This document shows positions 38,424 through 44,835 of a stretch of 64,000 bases of DNA, in pieces. The stretch comes from a virus (lineage: Duplodnaviria; Caudoviricetes). The notes beneath the pieces are model-generated. The model saw nothing but the letters and a program-made list of their open reading frames with translations, was not told the DNA's origin and searched no databases. Location of the stretch: the IMG/VR virus record IMGVR_UViG_3300025410_000009, one strand, 5' to 3'. Position 1 is the stretch's first letter, and every line of letters begins with the position of its first letter. A program made the position numbers and the translations under genes.

Positions 38424-39035
38424 TCAAATATTTATTTGACCCCGGCTCCATGCTTGTAATTCAGCCAAGTTGATTTGACTGTCGGTTTGACACACTGGCT
38501 TTATCACACACCATTGCGGTGTCGATCGTATACGTACTTGTTTTTCAACAGCCACACAGTCGTCCCACCACGAACTCCAACCGCGGGTGACTCGATACAG
38601 CCCACGTGCCACTGCCACATGCAGGCCTCGATTGTAGTCATTGAATGTCAACAACATAAAATTACAACCACGCTCACGTGCCCAAATCAACTGTTGATCA
38701 AGAAATTGACTGGGCAATTGCTGTGTTCTATGTTGGTCGGTGATCCATATACGTATGCCACCAATGGCCCAGGCCTGGGTATTTTCAGGATACTCTACAC
38801 AACTCACTGCCACAATTTGGTTGCTGTGCTCGGCCACATAAATGGCGCCTTGATCGCTGTTCCACCGCAGTTGATTTTTTATGTTGTACAGCAGGCCGGC
38901 TGTGGAATCCATGCCCATGTTTGCCGCTGCCGGCTCAGTGCTGTTGGCAATTTCCTGATTGACAAAGTCTGACAGCTTGGAAAATTCTGTGTCAGTGATG
39001 GTGTTGCTGGTAGTGGACCAGAATGTGTAATTCAT
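38424..39035 (-). CDS. GNAT-fold protein
   Basis: IVAVS, IRIWITDQHR...WARERGC; true start MNYTFW because the longer track ORF overlaps the tRNA. Confidence 0.6.
   Translation of the reverse strand: MNYTFWSTTSNTITDTEFSKLSDFVNQEIANSTEPAAANMGMDSTAGLLYNIKNQLRWNSDQGAIYVAEHSNQIVAVSCVEYPENTQAWAIGGIRIWITDQHRTQQLPSQFLDQQLIWARERGCNFMLLTFNDYNRGLHVAVARGLYRVTRGWSSWWDDCVAVEKQVRIRSTPQWCVIKPVCQTDSQINLAELQAWSRGQINI
38429..38434 (-). promoter_or_regulatory. T4-type late promoter for the ACP operon
   Basis: AATAAATA followed by AAGGA RBS and the ACP ATG. Confidence 0.65.
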
Positions 39036-39041
39036 GTTGTA

Positions 39042-39339
39042 TGGTGCTCCGAGCCAGACTCGAACCGGCACGCCTTTCGGCGAGAGATTTTCTTACCACT
39101 ATAGCTTTCGCTACCTTTACAGTTTTGTGGTCTGGACTATACCTTCATCATAGCATCAATGCCTTAGATGCCCGCCGTCTAGTCTCTACACGTTCAAAAG
39201 TATTTCTACTTAGGCTTCGCTCGGTATTAGCATTTTACAGCCTTCACCGAATTTGACGGGTTCTACTCCTATCGTTTCCAATAGGGCACTCAAATTTTAC
39301 TCTCAAGTCTCTTGTGTCTACCTATTTCACCATCAGAGC
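39042..39339 (-). tRNA. trnL: tRNA-Leu(UAA) split by a group I intron (exons 39339-39305 and 39091-39042)
   Basis: Joined exons: GCTCTGA/TCGGAGC acceptor, AGAGA-CTTAAAA-TCTCT anticodon arm, long variable arm GCC-GAAA-GGC, GCCGG-TTCGAGT-CTGGC T arm, A73, CCA. Confidence 0.93.
39092..39304 (-). mobile_element. Group I intron (IC3-like, 213 nt, no ORF)
   Basis: P1 ACTT/GAGT with U-G at the 5' splice site, P3 CCCGTC/GGCGGG, P4 TTCGGT/ACCGAG, GTGTAGAGACTAGACG and GAAGGTATAGTCC core (P7), terminal G. Confidence 0.93.
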
Positions 39340-39346
39340 AATTAAA

Positions 39347-39423
39347 TGGTGCGCCCACTAGGACTTGAACCTAGGACCAATGGATTATGAGTCCACTGCT
39401 CTGACCAACTGAGCTATAGGCGC
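39347..39423 (-). tRNA. tRNA with CAU anticodon, most likely tRNA-Ile2
   Basis: Full cloverleaf, GTGGA-CTCATAA-TCCAT, C4-G69 and C5-G68 pairs, encoded CCA; lacks initiator features. Confidence 0.88.
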
Positions 39424-39435
39424 TACTAAGTGTTA

Positions 39436-39464
39436 ATTATAGCACTAGGTGTGCGTGGTGTCAA
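39436..39464 (-). promoter_or_regulatory. Consensus sigma70 promoter for the tRNA operon
   Basis: TTGACA-17 nt-TATAAT, 12 nt upstream of the tRNA 5' end. Confidence 0.9.
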
Positions 39465-40603
39465 GTTCTTTCTGCTCGAGTGCCACCAGATTTGGGCACA
39501 CTGGGTGCAGCAGTTTTACCAGGTCGACTTATTCTGTCAGCACCTAAACTGGCTCTAGCTGCCTTGGGCTGTGCAACAGGTGCACTGGGTACTGCAGCTG
39601 ATTTGGCAACACTGCCTTTGCTACCGCCCCCGCCATCTGGCAACAAACGCACTTGTGGCATGATTTCGCCTTCGGGTGCATATATGTACATGGTTGCAAT
39701 GTGTATCTTGCCCTTCATTGCATCATAATCTTTAAAGTATTGCGATGATTCAGACTTAACATCCATCAACAAGATACCTTCAAAATTTGAATAGGCTTTG
39801 TAATTTTCGTAACCGGTTCTCAATTGCTCATCAATAATAGCAGCAGGATCGCCACTGGCCAGTGCACGAGCATAGTTTTTAGAGTCAACATAATTAAATG
39901 TTTTGGCAGCTATGCTAGTGGTCAAGACCTTGACCTTCTTGGGATCAACTTTGGGAAGAATATCATAACACCAAGTTTGTGCATTGATACGGTCTGGCAA
40001 TTCAGTCAAGCCAGTAGCAACCATGATGTCGCTGGCCACACCAGCAAGATCCATTTTGGCCTTGCGTGGATTAATCCAGCGCCCGCCCTTGATCGCCGAA
40101 GTTTTAACTTCAATGGCACGTTTACCCACCATGATGTCGCCACCACCAGCAAGACGCCCGCTCCACTGAATTTTGGGACTCATCACAGCCAAGGCAACTT
40201 CGCCAGGACCCACACCCTGGCTTACCAGCACAGTGGTCAATATTTTAAATAATGCCTTGGCAAATTCGCTATCGTCCACTAGAGACAAAAATGTTTGCGG
40301 GCTACCACTGAGTAATTTGTTGACATTGACAATGCCAGTGGGGAATTTTTTTAGGAACGCATCTTTGTCTTCAACAGGAAAATCCATGCTGACTATGACT
40401 CGAGCAATTTCGTGAACAAATCTGCTGCCGTCGGGATCGCGTGACACCACAGAAGAAATACGCTCTTCAATATTGCCGGCCTTGAGCGTTTTGAGCACTT
40501 TTTGTAGCAGGCCCTCATCGTCGGTGTTTTTAACCAAATCAATAACTTGTTTTTTGGTTACGGGATCTTCAAATAGATCAATTAGTTTGCGTATGTCAGT
40601 CAT
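39461..40603 (-). CDS. Restriction-endonuclease-fold (PD-(D/E)XK) protein, putative internal protein
   Basis: GVGPGEVAL...GGGDIMVGKRAIEVKT; N-terminus MTDIRKLIDLFE. Confidence 0.55.
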   Translation of the reverse strand: MTDIRKLIDLFEDPVTKKQVIDLVKNTDDEGLLQKVLKTLKAGNIEERISSVVSRDPDGSRFVHEIARVIVSMDFPVEDKDAFLKKFPTGIVNVNKLLSGSPQTFLSLVDDSEFAKALFKILTTVLVSQGVGPGEVALAVMSPKIQWSGRLAGGGDIMVGKRAIEVKTSAIKGGRWINPRKAKMDLAGVASDIMVATGLTELPDRINAQTWCYDILPKVDPKKVKVLTTSIAAKTFNYVDSKNYARALASGDPAAIIDEQLRTGYENYKAYSNFEGILLMDVKSESSQYFKDYDAMKGKIHIATMYIYAPEGEIMPQVRLLPDGGGGSKGSVAKSAAVPSAPVAQPKAARASLGADRISRPGKTAAPSVPKSGGTRAERT

Positions 40604-40729
40604 GGTAGTTTTGGGTATATTGTATATTTATACTAAATGAATTTTATGTTAAATTGTTGCAGAGCAGCATAAATATCTAAGTAGAAACACTGATATGGTT
40701 TCTACTAATTATCAAAAAGGAAACACACA

Positions 40730-40900
40730 ATGTTGACATATATTACAATAGCCTTAGCAAAACTGGGCGAATTTTTTGGTTCAAGAACTTACAAAAACAG
40801 TTTGGAACGTTTTATTGAATCGCAACAGCCCACCAACGCCGCCGAAGTAGACTACTACATTCGCGAATATGATCGTATGCATCGCCGAGGTGCCCTATGA
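40730..40900 (+). CDS. Small hypothetical protein (56 aa)
   Basis: Read manually; AAGGA RBS; TAAATA at 40670-40675. Confidence 0.7.
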   Translation: MLTYITIALAKLGEFFGSRTYKNSLERFIESQQPTNAAEVDYYIREYDRMHRRGAL

Positions 40901-40995
40901 TTCAAGCAATTAAGCAAGCATGGAAAGATTATTGGACTGCCTATAAAGAATATGCTGGGATGCGTTTGCGTGGCCGCGGTATGTACTACTTCTAA
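40897..40995 (+). CDS. Small peptide (32 aa, MIQAIKQAWKDYW...)
   Basis: ATGA overlap with the upstream gene. Confidence 0.55.
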   Translation: MIQAIKQAWKDYWTAYKEYAGMRLRGRGMYYF

Positions 40996-41006
40996 AGGAG
41001 TCTAAC

Positions 41007-41099
41007 ATGAAAAAATTTCTTAACTTTGTTTGGGCAGTAATCAAGGCCCGTAAAGAAGCTCACGCCAGAGCCATCATCAACGGAACAGCATGGGTATAA
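41007..41099 (+). CDS. Small peptide (30 aa, MKKFLNFVWAVIKARKE...)
   Basis: Strong AAGGAG RBS. Confidence 0.6.
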   Translation: MKKFLNFVWAVIKARKEAHARAIINGTAWV

Positions 41100-41103
41100 A
41101 ACA

Positions 41104-41667
41104 ATGCCATTACAAACTGTTAGACGGGTACTACCGCATGAGTACTCTAAATATCGTACGCACCTTAAAGCCCTTGACTCAGACTCTAGGACCCTTAGGT
41201 TTGCTAATCCAGTCTCTGATTTTATAATTGATCAGTTTTGCGATGGTGTTGAGGCAGAACCCAGCCGACACATACTGTTTGCAGTGGAAGATAGCGAGTT
41301 AAACTTTATTGCTGTGGGACATATTGCCCGTTTTGAGCCCATGGAGTTGGCTTTTAGCGTGTTAAAAGAATACCAAGGACAAGGCCTTGGTAATCGTTTG
41401 ATGGAACGTTGTATACAGTGGTGTCGTGTGCACGACATACTGGAAGGTACCATGATTTGTTTGACGCATAACAGCGCCATACGTCACTTGTGCCGCAAAC
41501 ACGGTATTGCTGTCACCACCGAAGCAGGTGAAGCCTTGGCTGATATTCGTTTGCCACCTGCTGACATGACCACATTCATAAGCGAAACTGTGGACAACAA
41601 TGTGTCAACTTTGGATTGGTTTGCCAAACGAGTGGCTAGGCTGGCCCCCCGGTTAACAACTCAATAA
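41104..41667 (+). CDS. GNAT-family acetyltransferase
   Basis: RFAN, ELAFSVLKEYQGQGLGNRLM, NSAIRHLCRKHG. Confidence 0.9.
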   Translation: MPLQTVRRVLPHEYSKYRTHLKALDSDSRTLRFANPVSDFIIDQFCDGVEAEPSRHILFAVEDSELNFIAVGHIARFEPMELAFSVLKEYQGQGLGNRLMERCIQWCRVHDILEGTMICLTHNSAIRHLCRKHGIAVTTEAGEALADIRLPPADMTTFISETVDNNVSTLDWFAKRVARLAPRLTTQ

Positions 41668-41890
41668 CCAATTTCTTTTTTAGTGCTTCCAGTCTAGGTT
41701 CCAGCTGATGGCAAGCTTCAGCTATCTCAAGCTCGCTGCCCCATCCCAGTTGATTGTTGAGATGCACAGCCCACTTGGATACAGCATCTTTTTCCAGTTG
41801 TAGGTCCACTGCATTGTGCATGGGTTTGGCACGACAGCACATGTTGAATTCATCTATTAACTCTTTGGCTCGAGCTTTCCAATCCATCAT
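41636..41890 (-). CDS. Hypothetical protein
   Basis: Start at MMDWKAR overlapping the uvsY stop. Confidence 0.6.
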   Translation of the reverse strand: MMDWKARAKELIDEFNMCCRAKPMHNAVDLQLEKDAVSKWAVHLNNQLGWGSELEIAEACHQLEPRLEALKKKLVIELLTGGPA

Positions 41891-42342
41891 GATACTGTGA
41901 TGTCCTCCATGCCAGCGGTACGCAAACGCACAATGTGACCCATTTGCCATTGTTTGGCTTCAAGACCCTTCATGACACCCAACCAACGATTGCGTAGTAG
42001 CGCAACTTCGTTGATCAAGGTTTCGTAATCAACAACTTCGTCTTCACCATCCACGTACTTTTCAGCATCTCTAGCGGTCAATGCACGAGCATAGTTTTCT
42101 AGATATTTTTGAAAATGGCGGCGACGTATTTTACGAAGTTGCAAATTGAGATAGTTTAACACAGCTTCAATTTCTTGAAGCTGGTTAAATCTATGCTCGG
42201 TCACGCCGGGTAATTGTGCTATGTTGCGCTCGACATTGCCACGTATTCTACACTCGTCTTTGGCCAACTCAAGTTCGCCATCGTAGTAGGTGATAAAATT
42301 TGGCAATTCACTGAGATCTGCTACTACACGGTTATACCACAT
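41887..42342 (-). CDS. uvsY: Recombination mediator UvsY
   Basis: KYLENYARALTARDAEKYVDGE; downstream of uvsX. Confidence 0.8.
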   Translation of the reverse strand: MWYNRVVADLSELPNFITYYDGELELAKDECRIRGNVERNIAQLPGVTEHRFNQLQEIEAVLNYLNLQLRKIRRRHFQKYLENYARALTARDAEKYVDGEDEVVDYETLINEVALLRNRWLGVMKGLEAKQWQMGHIVRLRTAGMEDITVS

Positions 42343-42344
42343 AG

Positions 42345-42575
42345 TCAGTCTTCGTAGTTTTCGTAATCTTCTGCGTCTTCTTCAGTGTCGCTGTATTCTT
42401 CATAACTGCGCTTGAGATAGCTGTCAACACCAACCAGTTCGGTGATGTCAAGATCGTTTAATTCATCAACCATGACACTCATTAAACTATCTGCGGCGCC
42501 TTGACGCTCCTTAGGAGGAATATATTCTTTTAAGGTGGTATATACTTCAATTAAGGTTTCAATTTCGATACTCAT
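42345..42575 (-). CDS. Hypothetical acidic protein
   Basis: 76 aa between uvsX and uvsY. Confidence 0.65.
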   Translation of the reverse strand: MSIEIETLIEVYTTLKEYIPPKERQGAADSLMSVMVDELNDLDITELVGVDSYLKRSYEEYSDTEEDAEDYENYED

Positions 42576-43642
42576 TCTACGGTTTCCTCTTCGGGTTCAA
42601 CAGCAGTGGTAGTGGCATGCGGATTGGCTGTGTAATCTACCATGACCTTATCTAGCGAACCATCTTCGTTGCGTTCCCATGCTTTACGGAACTGCTTGAT
42701 AATGGTACCATCTGCTAGAGTGTATTTAAGACTGTTGCCTTCCTTGGTCAATAAACCTTTGCCTTCAAACAGGTCAACCAGGCCCGAGTACGGGTTCATG
42801 CCCGACTCATAAGGAATCTTGACCTGCACACTTTCAAAAGGCTTGGCATAGCGTGTTTTCATGATTTTACATGCGGCACGAATACCTTTGACTTCTGAAA
42901 TCTTGTTGCCGTCCTCGTCCTCTTTGAGCTTGAGTTTTTTCATAGCAACCACAATCGAGCTGGCATAGATAAAGCCTTGTCCGCCCGAGATCTTGTCATC
43001 GGGATCAAACATGTCTTGGCTGGCGTAAGTGTGATTGGTAGCAACTAGACCAATGTTCAAGTCGCCAAACATGTTAACACAGTTACGAACCAAGGCAGTC
43101 AATGCTTTAGGTTTACGGCCCATGTCACCTTTAAGGTCGCCGGCTTCAAATTGGTTAACGTCAGTGGGAGTCAACAACATGCCCAAGCTGTCTAAGATAA
43201 ACAAAACTTTTGGACGTTCTGTTTCAGGCAAGGTCTTGTACTCTTTAACAAATTCATGAATCATCTTCGCAACGTCGTCGATCATGGCCATGTTTAATTT
43301 GAGCAGTTTGTCTTCGCTGGTGTCAACACCTAGAGCGTGTAGCCATGCTTCATCGAGAGCGTTTTCTGTATCAATCAGGATAACGTAGATGCCTTGAGAT
43401 TGTGCATTTTTAACTAGATTGCCCGAGCAGATAAAACTTTTTCCTGCGCCAGACTCACCAGCAAACACCGTAACTTTGCCCATGGGCACTCCCTTGTGGA
43501 AGTCACCCGAAATCAAGTAGTTGAGTGCGTAGTTGTTGGTAGACACCCAGTCAGTGGGGTCTTTAAAGCCGAAGCTGATGCCATCGATGCTTTTTGTAAT
43601 ACTTTTTCTGAATTTACTTACGTCAAATGGACGATTTGCCAT
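42572..43642 (-). CDS. uvsX: RecA-like recombinase UvsX
   Basis: FAGESGAGKS, IDTENA, ILDSLGML, TNHTY, SGGQG. Confidence 0.95.
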   Translation of the reverse strand: MANRPFDVSKFRKSITKSIDGISFGFKDPTDWVSTNNYALNYLISGDFHKGVPMGKVTVFAGESGAGKSFICSGNLVKNAQSQGIYVILIDTENALDEAWLHALGVDTSEDKLLKLNMAMIDDVAKMIHEFVKEYKTLPETERPKVLFILDSLGMLLTPTDVNQFEAGDLKGDMGRKPKALTALVRNCVNMFGDLNIGLVATNHTYASQDMFDPDDKISGGQGFIYASSIVVAMKKLKLKEDEDGNKISEVKGIRAACKIMKTRYAKPFESVQVKIPYESGMNPYSGLVDLFEGKGLLTKEGNSLKYTLADGTIIKQFRKAWERNEDGSLDKVMVDYTANPHATTTAVEPEEETVE

Positions 43643-43694
43643 TGGTGTGTTCCTTATGTTTTAAATATGCAGCACTTCTTGCCTCAGAAGAGGA

Positions 43695-43728
43695 CCTGGG
43701 CGTACAGATTACTCTGCAGAGGCCCAAG
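43695..43728 (-). terminator. Stem-loop after gp32 (possible terminator or processing site)
   Basis: CTTGGGC..TGCAGA-GTAA-TCTGTA..GCCCAGG; no U-tract. Confidence 0.4.
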
Positions 43729-43736
43729 CCATGTTT

Positions 43737-44735
43737 TTACTTTTGACGGTTACGGATCATAGCCAAAATGTCTTCGGCACGTTTACCGCTGGCATTGGCT
43801 GGTGTCACTACTGGAGCGGCTGCTGATGCTGGTTCATCATCGTCCATGGGTGCTGGTGCTGATCTGGTCACAACAGGTTCGTCGTCATCGTCAGCGATGG
43901 CTGGAGCAGCCACTGTGGCCGCGGCCGGGGCGGCTGCACGATCACTTTGGAAGCCAGCTGGCTTGAAGTAAGCACCCCAACGATCGGGATCATAGGGTTC
44001 GCCGTCAACTGACGCTTCGAACATTTCCTTGATCACTTTGAGTTCGACTTCATTGGGTTTCTTGGGCAAGAAATCGCTCAAGTTAAACAAGCCGTGCTTC
44101 TCAATGGCTTCGTGTTCGGCTGCAGTCAAACCGCTTTCTTTACGAGCCCATTTGCTGGTGTTGTAGTCAGCATAGCCACCTTTGCTGGTTTTACTGACCA
44201 CAAAGTCAAGACCACGTGCGTAGTCGGTTGGCAATTCTTCCATTTCGGGATCCATCAATGCGCTCTTGATGATATTAAAGATTTGTGGGCTAATGATGAA
44301 ACGACGGATTGGATTTTCCGGAGTTTTGTCATCGCTCAAGGGATTTTCGTGTACAAAGCCCTGGAACAAATAGGATTTTTTCTTCCAGTACTTACGACCC
44401 ATGTCTTCCAGTGAAGGGTCTTTGAACCAGCCGCGAACTTCGGCCAGGATTGGGCAAGCTTCATTCCACATCTCAACGCAGGGCACTTGCACAGTGACTG
44501 GTTTGCTGTCGCTTTGACCTTTGATGCCGGCAAACGGCAATTTGATCATGGCTCTTTCGATCCAGAAAAATGTGTTTTTGGGGTCAGCGTCGGGGAGAAA
44601 ACGCAGTTTGGCACTAGTGCCTTCTGGGATGTTCCAGTGTGCAAAGATGGCATTGTCGCCACCTGATTGTGAGTTTCCGTTACCACGGGATTCTTGAGAT
44701 TGTAGTCTTGCGCGGATTTCTGCTAATGTTGCCAT
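43737..44735 (-). CDS. 32: Single-stranded DNA-binding protein (T4 gp32-like)
   Basis: LRFLPD, PC...CP Zn ligands, KTSKGGYADYNTSKW, acidic tail. Confidence 0.92.
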   Translation of the reverse strand: MATLAEIRARLQSQESRGNGNSQSGGDNAIFAHWNIPEGTSAKLRFLPDADPKNTFFWIERAMIKLPFAGIKGQSDSKPVTVQVPCVEMWNEACPILAEVRGWFKDPSLEDMGRKYWKKKSYLFQGFVHENPLSDDKTPENPIRRFIISPQIFNIIKSALMDPEMEELPTDYARGLDFVVSKTSKGGYADYNTSKWARKESGLTAAEHEAIEKHGLFNLSDFLPKKPNEVELKVIKEMFEASVDGEPYDPDRWGAYFKPAGFQSDRAAAPAAATVAAPAIADDDDEPVVTRSAPAPMDDDEPASAAAPVVTPANASGKRAEDILAMIRNRQK

Positions 44736-44835
44736 AATATGTTTCCTTTATAAATTAAGATGGTCTTAGATGTGCCTAGATGTATACCAGCACATGACTA
44801 GTATACAACATTAATATTTATCTGTCTAGGAGTTT

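Noticed and set aside
39023-39256. 77-aa plus-strand ORF as an intron-encoded protein; also the 12-aa extension of the GNAT ORF to 39071
   Set aside because: It is antisense to the intron and tRNA exon with no nuclease motifs; the GNAT extension overlaps the tRNA 3' exon.
39347-39423. Calling the CAU tRNA an initiator or elongator tRNA-Met
   Set aside because: No C1-A72 mismatch or three G-C anticodon-stem pairs; acceptor stem and arms resemble Ile2, though elongator Met is not fully excluded without a covariance-model test.
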